Source: Spirogloea muscicola
Lineage: Eukaryota
NCBI GenBank assembly: GCA_009602725.1
Contig: WELB01000013.1
Coordinates: 818,561-853,160 of the forward strand
Direction of reading: 5' to 3'
Length of the DNA stretch: 34,600 nt
The position numbers and the translations under genes were made by a program. The stretch's first letter is position 1. Every line of letters starts with the position of its first letter. The notes under the pieces were generated by a model, which saw nothing but the letters and a program-made list of their open reading frames with translations, made no database searches and was not told where the DNA came from. This document shows positions 9,330-24,199 of this stretch, piece after piece.

Positions 9330-10180
9330 GTCCTCTGGACTTGCTTCTTCTGGAAGAGCTTATTGAAAGAAGCAAGCGCGGCCAGGTTAGGTTGTGGCTG
9401 GGAGAGGCCAGCCCATAGGAATTGACAAGGCTTATTACTCTCCGCGCCTGGGCCAGCCATCGGAAAGAAGGCGCGGCCAGATTGACTGGTGGGCCAGCCC
9501 AAAGGAATGGACCAGGTCTGAAGGAGCCGATTGTGCAGAAATCAGAGAAGGCGCGCATGATATTGAAAGGGAGGCCAATTCTAGCCTTGCAAATGTCCTG
9601 TTACTGGGTAATGAGCTGGCCAATGGGGACACTAGTATCCCCGAGTGAGCACATGCATATCTGACATGCCATACTGAGGCGCCAAACCACCACCACGGAA
9701 GCCATTAGCCTGGGCTAATGCACGACCAGCACGCTGGTGTATCGCGAGTGCCTGCGAGCGCTGTAGACTCAATGATAGCCGCATTCTATAGCATGCAACG
9801 ATGGCTTGCGGGACGCTAGAATGCCCCAAGAATGCCCCTCTTCTCTATGGGCGCGCACTTCCTTATCTGGACTCGTCCTCTATGGGCGAGCACTTCCTTC
9901 CTCTGGACTTTCTTCTTCTGGAAGAAGCAAGCGCGGCCAGATCAACTGGTGGCTGGGAGAGGCCAGCACAAAGGAGTGGACAAGGCTTGTTACTCTCCGC
10001 CCCCTTAGCCAGCTCAATACCTAGTTAACAAGACATTTGTAAGGCTAGAATTGGCCTCCCTTTCATGCGCACCGCGCCGCCTTCTCTCCGCGCCTGGGCC
10101 AGCCATCGGAAAGACGGCGCGGCCAGATTGACTGGTGGGCCAGCCCAATGGAAAGCCGGATTGTGCAGAAATCAGAGCGT
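9330..10180. mobile_element. Composite of gamma-, delta- and beta-type 3' ends, including a delta fragment at about 9465-9829 (minus)
   Basis: 9632-9829 minus encodes YRMRLSLSLQRSQALAIHQRAGRA..SDMHVLTRGY-stop. Terminal hairpin motifs near 9375-9430, 9470-9520, 9930-9985 and 10115-10147; beta tips at 9835-9895. Confidence 0.8.
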
Positions 10181-10624
10181 TGATCGTCTCGGCAACCCCC
10201 GGCATCCCAAGTGGGGTCCCCGACGTCTGACGGTGGCGAGCCCCCCCCCGGCCCCTGTCATTATTGCACCGGAGCTGGCCGGGCGAGGCCCAGCCGCATC
10301 TCGCCGCGCCCCCCCCGNGCGGCGGCGTTGGGCCGCTCTGCGCGCGTCTCGCCCGCAGCCCGGAGCTTGCGGCCGCCCTCTCGACGGCCATCCTTGACCG
10401 TAGCTGCGACGGCCTCCTGTGGCTCCTGGCCTTCGCCGTAGCCGCCGGCCCCGGCGATTGCGGCAGCCGCTGCGCCGCCTGCCCCGGGCTCGTCCCGGAG
10501 GCGGCCGTGGCCGGCTGACTGCCAGGAGGCCCCGGGCCTGCTCGGATCAGCAGTCTGCGCCCGGCCGGAGCTCTCATAAGGCCTTGGCTTTGCTGGCGAG
10601 GCCTCGGCGCCAGGGCCGCCTGCC

Positions 10625-12828
<2,204 letters not shown>

Positions 12829-13319
12829 GTAGAAGGTGCAGACAGACAAGGACCATTACTGTCTCCCATGGACAGGTGCAAGGAGAAAGAGAGTCTCTGG
12901 TGGCCATATTCACAACCTGCGCATGATAGCATTGCCAATCAATTTTAGGCAAGGTCACCGGCAACAAATCTTATTGTCATGTGGGTGTGTAGTGCACGAC
13001 TACTATAGCCTCTAAGCGATTAAAATGCATGAGTCCTGCTAACCTGGAATGCTCAAGTCATGTCTTAAAACGTGATGAAGGTGTTGAGCGGGATTGATCG
13101 AGTTGGAGCCCATGGGTTGAGGGACACTGGCAGACTTTCATGGAGAGGAACAGCCTCTTGCTGTTAGCGTGCCTTTCACCTATACGTTGCATTTCAAGGC
13201 ACACGTATGTCACTGGGAGGCAAGGCACACGTATGTCACCTCGTGACCAGTGTGGATTGCCGCTCAGAAGTCCTTGTCAACAAGTTGGAATGACTAGCAG
13301 CCGCAGCCGATAACGAAAA

Positions 13320-13870
13320 GTCAAACGGCTCTTCAGAGCAAGGCGATGGCTGTGCGAGGCTAGCACAAAAGGGACAGCTCCTCCGATGTCAAGCGATGGC
13401 TGTGAGAGGCCAGTCCAAAGGGATGAATAGAGATGAACAATGATCTTATTTCTTCCAAGGTGACGAGGATAGGATTCGCGCCGCCCATGTCGGAGGTGGC
13501 AGCCGGGGCACCGCTAGCATGCAGATATCAAGTCGAAGCAAGGAAATGCTGCAGAGAGGGGCAAGCGATTCACAAGGGAAATGCTTTGCAACGTTGTCGA
13601 GAATCTCTTTGACTTTCCACTTCATTTTGGCCCCTCGGGACCTTGTCCTATTTCGGGCTGGCTTTTCACAGCCCTCGTGGATACTAGCGTCCCCTGTCAT
13701 GTTAGCCACCTTACCCATAGGGCTTCGCTCTATGTAGCGCCTCTTTCTTCACGAGTTTTGCCTGAACAGTGTATTGGCTTACATTGGCCTCCATTTCATA
13801 TAATATGCGCTCTGCGCACCTTCTCTCAACCTTTGGCACCCTTTCAATTCAAGCGCACCGCGCGCCTTCA
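13320..13870. repeat. Degenerate retroelement 3' ends (start of nest 3)
   Basis: Two tandem minus-strand ends at 13325-13425. GACCTTGTCCTATTTCGGGCTGGCTTTTCACAGCCC (13639-13674) is fused directly to CGT GGA TAC TAG (RGY-stop) and a delta-like UTR similar to 14867-14990. Confidence 0.7.
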
Positions 13871-14119
13871 CTTCGGATGAGCTTAACTTCGCAGTGAAGT
13901 CTAGTGGACAGACAATCTGTGACAGCGGGTGGAGGCCCTAGACCTGGTCAGGGCGACGCTTCTCAGCCCTCTAATTAGTCTGACTTGCACTTGCTGACTA
14001 GAGCTTATTGAGAGCCCACTTGCTGACGTCTTGGAGACTAGTCTCCTGCTTTTTGCACCTTCGGCTCTCAGACAACGTCTGAGAGCTGAAGCCCGTCCCT
14101 TCGGCTCTCAGACAACCTG

Positions 14120-15095
14120 TTCCGTACAGCGCTCCATTACCACCTCGGCCTCCCCCCCGCTTGCTTGGCTGGCATCCGCCAGCGCGAGTGTGGTCATATT
14201 GCCGATGTCAAGCTCGCTCTTGCTGCGCACATGCTGAGGTGTGTTGAGGGGGGTGAGCGCATTGCCTCCCACGACTTACTCAGAGATACTATATTTGGAA
14301 TTGTGCGAGAGCCGGGGTATCATCCGGCGATGGAGGTGTCCGGCATCATGCCAATCTCCTCAAGGTGCGGCAAGCCATGCGTGCAGCGGCTGGACGTGGT
14401 CGCCAGCCCCCGGGGCGGTGGGCCTCGTCTGCTCCTGGACTTGGTACTGATCGACGCATACAAGGCTGGCGCACCCACGTCAACCGTGTCTGTCTGGGCC
14501 ACATCCAGCGCAGAGCGCAAGAAGGAGCGGCACTACCAGGACCATCCCCGAGGGGACCATCTTTATCTGTGTGCCATGGATATCTACGGAGGCTACGGCG
14601 TAAAATGGTCCTCCCTGATCCAGCATCTGGCCCGGCTGGTTGATGCGCGTTGTCGAAGTCGGGGGGACAGCTTGGGCCACTCCAGCATTTCCAGGCCTTA
14701 GTCGCATACTACAGAATGCGGCTCTCGCTTGGTTTGCAGCGGTCGCAAGCATTGGCTCTTCATCAACGTGCAGGGCGCGCTCTATCACGCCTCTGGCTTT
14801 CGTGGCGGCGCTTAAGCTCCCCAAGTTAGCTTGTCGAATTTGTTTGTGCTCACCCGTGGGTACTAATGTCACCTTAGGCACCTCACTTTAGGACTCCGTA
14901 TTACGTTGCCGTTTAGTTTGCTCTAGGCTCTGCCTGAACACTGTATTGGCTTGAATTGGCCTCCCTTTCATTTCATGCGCTCCACGCGCTTCCTCCTCTT
15001 CCTCCTCTTTTTGCACCATCCGGCCCTCGCAGACCTTGTACATTCCTTTTGGGCTGGCCTCTCAGCCACTGCCGTAAATTGGAGGAGCTGTTTCC
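14120..15095 (+). mobile_element. 5'-truncated delta-type retroelement (knuckle + endonuclease + 3' UTR)
   Basis: ECGH..AHMLRCVEGGERIASHD..GYHPAMEVSGIMPI..RLDVV..LLLDLV..AERKKERHY..AMDIYG, then frameshifted YRMRLSLGLQRSQA and NLFVLTRGY-stop (14852-14866). Terminal motif at 15031-15090. Confidence 0.85.
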
Positions 15096-15279
15096 TTTCT
15101 TTTTTTGGGCTGGCTTTGCCAGCTACTCTTCTCTATGGGCGAGCACTGCCCCCAGCCCCCTTCGAACCTTGTTCATTCTCTGTGGGCTGGCCGATCCCAG
15201 CCCCTATCCTCTATGGGCTGGCCTCGCGGGCTGGCCACGCTGCGGCGAAGGCCGCTCGCAGCAAGGCGGCCAACAGAGA

Positions 15280-15705
15280 AAGTGCTCGCCAATAGAGAAG
15301 AGGGACTGGCAAAGCCAGCCCAAAAAAGAATGGACAATGTCCACAGCCAAAGAAAGAGGAGCCGGAAAAAGGACTACACTACAAAACACTGCAAAACACA
15401 TAGACGATGCAGAGGGAAGCTCAGTACCCACGAGTGAGCAACATCAGGTCTGAGTAGCTCGCTGCAGGGAAAGAAGAAGAAGTGGCTCTCCCAATGGGGG
15501 CAAGGGCTGTGAGAAGCCCGAAAAGAATTGACAAGGTTGGAAGGGGCCAGGGAAAGAGGCACTCCGTCGAGACCCAGAGGCGGCGGCCATAGCATGACCT
15601 GCTCGCGTGTGGACGGCGTGGGCAAGGGAGCGTTGAAGCGATACCGCCAGGCGCATGCGGAAGACTTGGGCGAGCGAACCGGCGGCGTTGAAGCCGGGCA
15701 TCGCC
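15280..15705 (-). mobile_element. 5'-truncated beta-type copy carrying a nested alpha tip
   Basis: PGFNAAGSLAQVFRMRLAVSLQRSLAHAVHTRAG..SFPAASYSDLMLLTRGY-stop (15421), followed by the beta 3' UTR. Confidence 0.85.
15475..15547 (-). mobile_element. Alpha 3' tip (73 bp) with 10-bp TSD
   Basis: Flanked by CAGGGAAAGA at 15465-15474 and 15548-15557. Confidence 0.85.
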
Positions 15706-15711
15706 CCTGGC

Positions 15712-16187
15712 CAAACACACCGACCACCCGGCTGCAGATGAGTTCGTACCCCTGGCCGTGGACGTGCACGGGGCTCTCGGGTCCCGGTGGCTCGACCTGC
15801 TGGCCAGGCTTGCGCGGCGTGCTGTGTCCCGCTGGCGCGGTGAGCCGGCTGACTTCAATGCCGCCGGCTCGTGGGCTCAGGTATATCGTATACAATTGTC
15901 CGTCTCCCTTCAGCGGTCCATGGCCCACGCCTTGTATTTGCGTGCTGGCAGTGCTCTCGCTGCGGCCTCCGGCTTTCGTCAGGGGGATAATTTTCCGGCA
16001 GCTAGTCTGTCGGATGTGAGGCTCCTTACTCGTAACTACTGAGTGGTCCATCCTCCCCCATTCTGCCATAGCCTCTTCAGGCCCCGCAGTCGCTGCGTAG
16101 CTCGTAGTTTGGCCCCTTCGAACCTTGTCAATTCTTTTCGGGCTGGCTTCTCACAGCCCTTGCCCCCATTGGGAGAGCCACTTCTTC
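15712..16187 (+). mobile_element. 5'-truncated alpha-type copy (longest alpha piece in the window)
   Basis: DHPAADEFVPLAVDVHGALGSRWLDLL..SDVRLLTRNY-stop (16042), plus the full alpha UTR ending GGGAGAGCCACTTCTTC. Confidence 0.88.
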
Positions 16188-16390
16188 GACCTGGTGTTGC
16201 TCACTCGTGGGTACTGAGCTTGCCTCTGCATCGTCTACGTGTTTTGTAGGTGTTTTGTGGTGTAGTCCTTTTACCGGCTCCCCTTTCTTTGGCTTTGGAC
16301 ATTGTCCATTCTCTTTTAAGATTTAGGGTGTACCCCAGCCCCTCTTCTCTATGGGCGAGCACTTCTCTATGGCGAGCACCACTTCTTTCT
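16188..16390 (+). mobile_element. Beta-type 3' end directly abutting the alpha tail
   Basis: GACCTGGTGTTGCTCACTCGTGGGTACTGA (DLVLLTRGY-stop) plus UTR with a tandemly duplicated tip CTTCTCTATG(G)GCGAGCA. Confidence 0.8.
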
Positions 16391-16678
16391 GGCCTCTTCC
16401 CCTCTTCTCTGAGCGGTCCCGGCGCGCGTGCGGGACGGTTGCCACGCGGCGCACCTGCGAGCTTCAGGCCCGGCGGGGGTGTCGGTTAGGGGCAGCCTGG
16501 AGATGTTTCTGATTGCTGCCCGTAGCCCGCCCGGCAGCCGGCGGGCGGGGGGGGAGACCTTCCTCGCATTGCCCCCCGAAGCCGGGCAGTTCCTGCAATG
16601 ACGGGCAGCTCTGTGGGAACTTTTTGACCAGGGTCGGGCAGGCTGGGAGCTAAGAGGGGAACAAAAGTCTTCCCGTGA

Positions 16679-17404
16679 GACCCGCCGCTTACGGCGGCGG
16701 CCGCGGCGGCCGCCGCCGCCGTCGGCGCCGCCGCCGCCGCNCTGGCGCCGGCGAGGCCGTCGTCGGACCCCGAGTCTGACGGGGTTGCGGCCGGCCCAGC
16801 GGTGTTCCCATCGCCGCCACCGTCGCCATGCGCAACCGGCTCCTCCGCCGCCTGCGGCCCGTCGGCGGACAAGTCGTGGGCGGTGCCCTCGCGGTCGGCG
16901 ACGCGGCTCATCCTGGTCGCCGCCGCCGCCGTGACCGGCGCCCTGGTCATGGCCGCCGCCGTTGCGGCCTGCTACCTCCGCCACATTGGCCTGCGGCACG
17001 GCGGCGGGCAGGCCGCGGCGCGCGCCCGCGCCGAGGCCGCCGCCAAAGAGGAGGTGGCGCGCGGAGCCTCCGTGCCCATCTACGTCGCCGGCACGCTCGT
17101 CATCATGGCCGGCGACGACCGCCCACAGTACATTGCCCATCCATCGTCGCCGCTGCGCGACGCGCTGCCAACACCAGCTGGCGACTTGGACTTGACGGCT
17201 GCCGGAAGCGTCGAGGGCGAGCCTCGGGACGGGGATGGCGGCGCCGAGGAGGCCGGAGAGATCACGTCGGAGGCACAGGACGCTCGCCAGCTCGGCGGCG
17301 GGCCCAGCGCCGGACCGGCGGAGCCCAGCGGTGGTGGCGACTGCTTGCATTGGGGAGCGCTTGGGAGGATGCCGTGGATGGCAGCCCGTCGGAGTCTTGG
17401 CTGA
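16679..17404 (+). CDS. Single-pass membrane protein with VIMAG motif, GLUTAMINE DUMPER-like; start not resolved
   Basis: Hydrophobic segment LILVAAAAVTGALVMAAAVAACYL followed about 40 aa later by LVIMAGDDRPQYIAHP, which resembles the GDU VIMAG..PxxLAxP motif. An N at 16741 obscures the 5' end. Confidence 0.65.
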   Translation, partial: DPPLTAAAAAAAAAVGAAAAXLAPARPSSDPESDGVAAGPAVFPSPPPSPCATGSSAACGPSADKSWAVPSRSATRLILVAAAAVTGALVMAAAVAACYLRHIGLRHGGGQAAARARAEAAAKEEVARGASVPIYVAGTLVIMAGDDRPQYIAHPSSPLRDALPTPAGDLDLTAAGSVEGEPRDGDGGAEEAGEITSEAQDARQLGGGPSAGPAEPSGGGDCLHWGALGRMPWMAARRSLG

Positions 17405-18237
17405 CGGCCACCTCGTCAGTGCCGGCGCCACCTTCGCCGAGGCCCCTCACCATGTAGTCACCCATTGCAATGCTGCCGCACGCTGTCGCGCTGCAATATA
17501 GTCCAAGGTCTGCGTAGCAGACCCACAAATTTTTCCTCTTCTGGCATGTTGCACCAGACTTCGTATGACAGGAGGGATGAATCCATGGCCGATGCGCAAG
17601 AATGAGACCTTGACGACCACGCAGAAAGGCGCTGAATTTCGCCCTGCACCAGCAACAGCGGCCTGCCGCCAGTCTCGAGGATGCACTCACAAAGCACGGG
17701 CTGTTAGAGCTTGTCAAAGCTAATCTCTGTGGGGCTAGTGCTGCCTGCCGATGCACTCAGTGGCAGCATTGTCCTAGTACCGCCTAAGGCTTTCTGCATA
17801 TCCTCGATGTGGAACCCATGGATGGCTACGCCTGCTCATTAAAGGTAGATGCCTGAAGATCCACAAAGCAGGAAAAAACTTAGCAGGCGCGACTTGTAGT
17901 GGCAAACTTCATCGCTGGATCCAGATAACTCGCTGCTGCTTGCTCACGACCCGAAAGGGAACAGCCAGTCCTGGCCCACACACCAACCTGCGCAGCAGCG
18001 CCCCACTACCACCGTGGCATTGTAGGGTTCAGAGAACAATGGTCGCTGGAGTGTGGTCCCGAAAATCCATGATTTAGGCCTGCTGCACACTGACACAACC
18101 AGCTTCATGAAGTCAGCAGGATGGAGGCAGGGCCACGCAAGGAGCATCAAACCACAATCATTTAATACACTGTTCTCAGTCAGACCAAGATACCTCATCT
18201 CCTGATAGGCATTGCAAGCAGCTGTCTCATCTCTCGA

Positions 18238-21200
18238 CTATTTTCGCAAGGATCCCCACCGCCGCGCTTTCTGCAGAGTAATGGCCTTCAAAGAATTCAG
18301 TCACTTCTTGCAGCTGGTTACGCAATCAATTTGGCAAACGGAAGTGATTGTCTCCAATCTGTGATTGAAGCGATGAGCGCATGCTATTGCAGTTTGCATT
18401 GAGCACTGCCTTGCGTTGACCCTGGTCCAGATGGTCGAGAGAGGCTGAGCATACGTGGCTGCAGTGAAGCTGGCATAGCCAGCTTGACAGCCTGTGACAA
18501 GACATCACGTGAAGCAGAAGCTTTCTGATAAGCTTGCCTCTGATCCATCTGGAAGCGTCCCAGAAGCACGTCCAGCACTCCTCCTCAGCTGACTGTGCTG
18601 GCTCCTGAGTGGCACATCATCCTCATCGTCGTCTTCATCGTCCTTGTCATCCTCCAAAACCAAGGACTTCCTCTGTGCAGGGGTTGCACCTGCCGGGCTC
18701 TTGCCCTTCTTTGCAGCAGCACCTCTGCCTCTTCCAGAGCCCGTGGCCCTTTTTCTCCCTCTCCCACGCTGCGGTGATCGTGCAGGCTCCTGCAGTCTTC
18801 CTGTATCCTTAGTGGATGTTGCGGGCCTGGCAGATGAGCATGTGCAACTGAAGGTACGGTACTGCAAGTGACGCCTGTCCGGCAGCTGTTCTGCTTCTGG
18901 TCAGTAAGCATTACACCACCAGCTGAAATTGGAAAGGCTGACCTACCTCATCCTCCCAATCTTCTTCAGCTTCACGAGCGACCTCATGATCACTGTCTGA
19001 AGCAATGTCATCGTCATCATCAAGACCGTTGACTGCTTCCCTTATCATGGTTGCAGCAGCAGCGGCAGAGGCCCTGCGGCCAGCGAGGATCAGTTTAAGT
19101 AGCACATTGATGCAAACCGCATGATCATGGTGTTATTACACTTGAGGAAGCCGATGTGTGCAGCGACAGGCAAAAGCATAGACTTGATGTGATACCGTCG
19201 GTTCTGGCACGGGCTAGGAGTGTCAAGGGTGGACTGCGACAGAATGCGGCCTCTGGCAGTGGATGCTCCCCTGCCGCGACCCCTTCTGCTGCCTTTTGCC
19301 GAGCTTGTCCTGCCAGATGTGCTAGGAGTTGATTGACCTTCACCAACTGGATCCTCCTCACCATTCATGTCAAGCGCATCTGCAGGCCGTTTGACTGATT
19401 CCCTTCTCTGCACGTTCTCAACCTGCACGAGCAACAAGCAACAACTCAACGACCCAACTATTACTGGTTATACAAAGAATTAACAAACCACTAACACCAC
19501 GAAGCAATGTGAAGAGACCAGGCAACTATTCTTGGAATGGACATGGCGTGCAGAGTCCACTTTTAGTGAGCATGCGCTTAAGCACTGAGTGACATTCAGC
19601 ACTATACTTACGGGCCTTTCCTGCCTTTGGGCGTTCAGCAGGACATCTTGATGTCCTACTCTTGCAGTCAAGCCCGCTGCCTGCCTGGCTTCTTCTTCTG
19701 CCTCCCGTACCTGCAAGGTGCACAATACAAAGTCAGGAGTGAAGAAGGTGAAGACTGGTCAAGGTCTTATTGCTGCTGAAATATGGTCAGTAGTGACACA
19801 GTGATAATCTTCTTAGGCTCTACAAAATGCTCTCATCTTATGTGGAAGGCGTGTTAAAGATTGAGAGCACCGTAATCATTCCCACCTGTACGTGGTGGTT
19901 GACCATCTCCAAAACATCCCTCGCTTCCAAGAGCTGATTCTCCTCGCCTTCTTTCACAAGCTTGCTCTGATACCAAAAGACAACTCTGCTTACCATGGTT
20001 GTCAGCATGACAGGGTCACCAGTTTGACATTGGCATCAGTAGCTCTTGATCAAGAATCGGGTCATATCCATAAGAAGCACAAGAATGGTTGTGTGTGAGG
20101 TTAAGCTCGAATGTCATGCCTGTGTCTTATCCAGATTGCTTTTCATGCAGGTGTAGAATGCCTGTTTGTCATCCTTGTTGACAAACTCCTGAAGCGCCAC
20201 TCCCAGTTCATGTACTGAAAGGATCTCTGTCTTCTGCATGGCTATAAGTGGTGCATATATAAGGCTCACAAGTAGCAAACATGCTTTTGGAGGGCTTGAC
20301 TGCTTAGAGAAGGGCACTGGCACTAGACGATTTGTCTGGAAGGAGACAGTGTCTGCGTGAAGTGAATATCAGTGACTGAAGCTCACCAGATTACTTTCGC
20401 CCACCAGAGCTTCAATGTTCTGTTGATTCAGTTCTTCTGGTCTCAGCATCTCCACATCCTCAATGTTTTCTGCGAGTCATAATGGAGTTCTTACACTTAA
20501 AGAGTACTTGGAGGATTATCTTCGACAACATCACATTTGAAATTAGAATAACTGGTAGCAGCTGTAAGACCGTCATTGCGACATTTCAGCCAAGAAGAGG
20601 ATGAGTTGCCATGTCTACCATCTGCAGTTGCCCGCTTCTTTGGTGCCTTGGTGAAGAGAAGAATATCATGAGGATTTGCAACCTGCTTGAGGAGGAGAAA
20701 TCGCATGCTATCAAGGCCCACCATGAGGCTAACTACCACCCACTCCAAGCGAAGGATCCCTGCAGGCAATGTACTTGAATGAACAAGCAGTATTACTTCT
20801 TCTTAGGCATCTGATGTGTAGCTCTCACCTTGCCAACAAACCTCTGACCAAATCGCTGGGGATTGATTGTAGTGAAACCAGTGTAGTCGACCTGCAGCAG
20901 GAATTCACATTTGCCAAGTACGTCCAGTCAACCCTTCGCCAGAACTTTGAAAGGCTGATGCGTGACTTTGCAGACCTTCTTGACACCCTGTGAGTATGAT
21001 TTGCATACGTAGCACAGACCCGGACTCGAATTAAGGGAAGCATGGGCGGCGCTTCTTCTGCTCGATGTAGGCCAGCAAAATTGATCATCTCATGGACCTG
21101 TTGGCAAGCAAGAAGGAGGTGAGGGCAGCACAAGGAAAATCTTTTCAAGCTTCTATCTCAATTGCTCATAGCCAAGTCAACCCCCGAACAAAATAACCCT

Positions 21201-24199
21201 GAGTCAGAGAAGCTGTTTTTGATACTGTAAGACATGGGTGTTCACCTTGCCCTCAAGAAACTTGAGAACAGCACCTTCATCAGCTGCATTGAGATCTGAT
21301 TGATCTTTCAAGGATACCTGCACTAGGAGTAGGACTGAGGACAGTCCCAAGAATCCTTCGACATCATGCATTCAAAATACCATGTAAGAGATGACTGAAA
21401 TTGGGATGAATCTCATCCGTGACACTGTCACTGTTAGCTGTGTACCAGTTTTCTGGTATTGAAACTCACATCTGCAAATTTGAAAGGTCGCACTGATTGT
21501 AGGGGGATCTTAGTGGGTCGATATTGACTGCCCTGCAGCAATTCCATAACAACAAAGTCAGTTGTTCATAGCTTCATTGAATCGCAACTTAGGCATCTCT
21601 TTTCAAGTCTGCAGGCACACATGTCAGGCTTTATATATTCCATGGAGCACGAAGCGTGCCCAGTGTTGTCAGAGACCTTGATCTCAAGTAACAAGACATG
21701 CTTCGGAGCTGCTTCTCCATCAATCAAGGACGTCGCTACAGAAGAACCCGGCTGACTGATGTGAAATCCCATGCCTGGCACTTCCTAAAGGGTTTACAGT
21801 CATGAGGTGTAGCAGTCAAGAATGATAGGCAAGTCCTTCTTCCAGGATGTGCTTACTTGACACGCGTACACAAATATTGACACACGCCAACCTATGAGTC
21901 TCACAAGAACATTTGCAACCACAAAATGGATGATATGAAACAGGCACACTGTGCAGGAAGAGCTCTATAACAAGAGACTGTATTGGCAACGACAATGCAA
22001 TGACAAACGACGAGGGACATACTGTGCAGAGTACTCAATGGATCAAATGCTGCAGTCGGACTACTTAGCATGTCTTTGTTGTCATGAAAGCTCACCTGCG
22101 GATCCACAAGGCACTCGTGCTCATGACCCCAGATGACAAAGTCCAGGAACTTAGCCAGGAAATGTTCATTGATTGCATTCTTTGGGTTTGCTTTGACCCT
22201 GCACGTGACTCAAAAAAGAAAGCTCCATTCAGCAGCTGCTGTCCCCAAGTAATGCGTTGGACCAACGCTATTGAGTGGCAAAGTTGTGTGGTATCATCAC
22301 TGTGATCATCAAGTCAAATTCAGGGTAAGGCAAGGTTTCTTATACACTTACCTGTTCTGATGAAGCACGAGTATGTTGAACCAGTCCGACACGCTGCAAT
22401 CCTCTTGAGCTTCGGGCCGTATCCACTGAACAGCATGAGGAGTCTGCCAGAGAACGCTTTGTTTGAGTATGATCGAGTTTGAAAGACAAGCTTGAAATTC
22501 TAGCAGGAGGTGCTTCTCAGCTACTGTGAATGAGTTTCCCCTTACGAGCATACATAGCAATGAGGAGAAAAGATCGCACCTGGAACATTCTGTTTAGCCG
22601 CTCATCCCTGATATTGCCCATACCATACAATGCAATTCTTGACTTGCCCTGCAACCTCCTGGTTCAGCCATGTTATACACAAGGATTTGTCGATATCCAT
22701 AGATGAGTGCGCATCTCTTTGACATGAATGTAGGAAGTGCTTCAACATTCAAGAAGGTGCACACTTTACGCACCTTGCACAAGAGAATGGGATGAAGCTT
22801 AATATCACCAACTCCACTTCCTCCTAGAACCATCTTCCCGAAGTAGTTGACCAGATTGCATGTAGACAAGATGTCAATAGCAGATAAATTGTCCTGCAGG
22901 ACCACCATCAGCGGAATGTGGAGCTGGCAACAATCATCCAGGGAGCCTGCACTAGCTCATGCTTAAGCGAAAGATGTGAGGAGGATCCTGACTGCAGTAT
23001 CCAGTACTACAAGTAGGCCACAAGTCTAGGCACACTGCTGAAGAATTGATGAAGTATAGAGCTATCCCAGAGGAGTGGGAAATGTCTACCACGCCTGCTG
23101 GGTCATCGTGGTTCCCATGGATCGTGAAGACTGGCATGCCTACGTTGTAATGGGGATCTTCATAGTTGACATGCCCAAACCTGCCCAGATTTTGTTCTTA
23201 AGGAAAGCTAGGAGGCACACACACAGGAATCAAGGAGAAGGCCTACAGCTCTCCTAACAGGAGGCATACAAGGACCAGACCTCATTACCTTCACACAAGT
23301 GGCACAGGGCAACACACCACCTGCATGAGTATGAAGCTTCTACGTTTCATAAGCCCAATCAAAGCTCAATGGTGCAGTGCTTACCCTTGCGAGAAGTTGA
23401 CAGTCTGATCACTAACAACCTGGAACTTGACGGGATGATCATTGAGACAGTATCGTCGAAGCAGCTCAATTGTCCTCACTAACGTTGTTCGGGATGGCTT
23501 GTTTTCGTGGAAAAGGTCGCCACCAAGCAACATGAAGTCCACCTGCAGAGCACACTTTCTTAGCTAGGTCCTGAGCAAGTAGCACAATTACCTCCAGCCA
23601 GCGTCAGGTAGTGAGGGACAGCATAATCAGCTTGGTAGCTTGCAGGAGGCAACCAAGCTGGTCTCTCAGATGTATGTTCATGTTGATGGTGTGTGCTGTT
23701 GCGAAGAAGCTTGAGTAGTTCAGATAAGAAAGACCGTTGGAGACTATGGGCCATCCATTGTGGGACTGCCAAAAGTGACACTTCCTTATCAAGTAGCAAT
23801 TACAGAAAAGGGAGATCAGGTCAGTCACTGAGCATGGACATTTACCTTCTGCCTCTCAGCAATCTTACATATCTCCTCGAATGTAGCAAACGAGTCTTCT
23901 CTTCGAATTTCATCCTTCTCCATGAATCCAAGGTGGCAATCCGTGGCGACCAGGACTTTGAAGACATCATCACTGCGTGAAAACCTCCAATACTTAGATA
24001 CTTACGAGTGACATTGTTTCTCATTATAAATTGCATAAGCCTCACCTCATTACATGCAACAGTGAACGACTAAGCCAGCTGCAGCTGAAGTGTAACGAGC
24101 ACTCTCTGGAGCTAAAGCATGATGTATACTTGCGACGCGGTCGTTGCAGGATCACTCGGTTAGACTGGCAGTGCGGAAGGACCTGTCATCGGCCGACAT
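18238..24199 (-). CDS. MRE11: Double-strand break repair nuclease MRE11, multi-exon
   Basis: Exons encode [10 protein letters not shown] (23972-23846), [88 protein letters not shown]-type RGRGRG and terminal [12 protein letters not shown]. Putative exon 1 (24199-24183) splices in phase; a more upstream start is possible. Confidence 0.96.

Noticed and set aside
3720..10180. CRISPR array, or LTR/DIRS element with terminal repeats
   Set aside because: Repeats are irregularly spaced, occur in both orientations and are 5'-truncated with TSDs. No cas, integrase, RNase H or tyrosine recombinase motifs.
16322..16328. Telomeric-repeat targeting by the retroelements
   Set aside because: Only a single TTTAGGG, and none of the mapped TSDs is telomeric.
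16367..17431. 354-aa minus-strand ORF
   Set aside because: Antisense shadow of the GC-rich GDU-like ORF.
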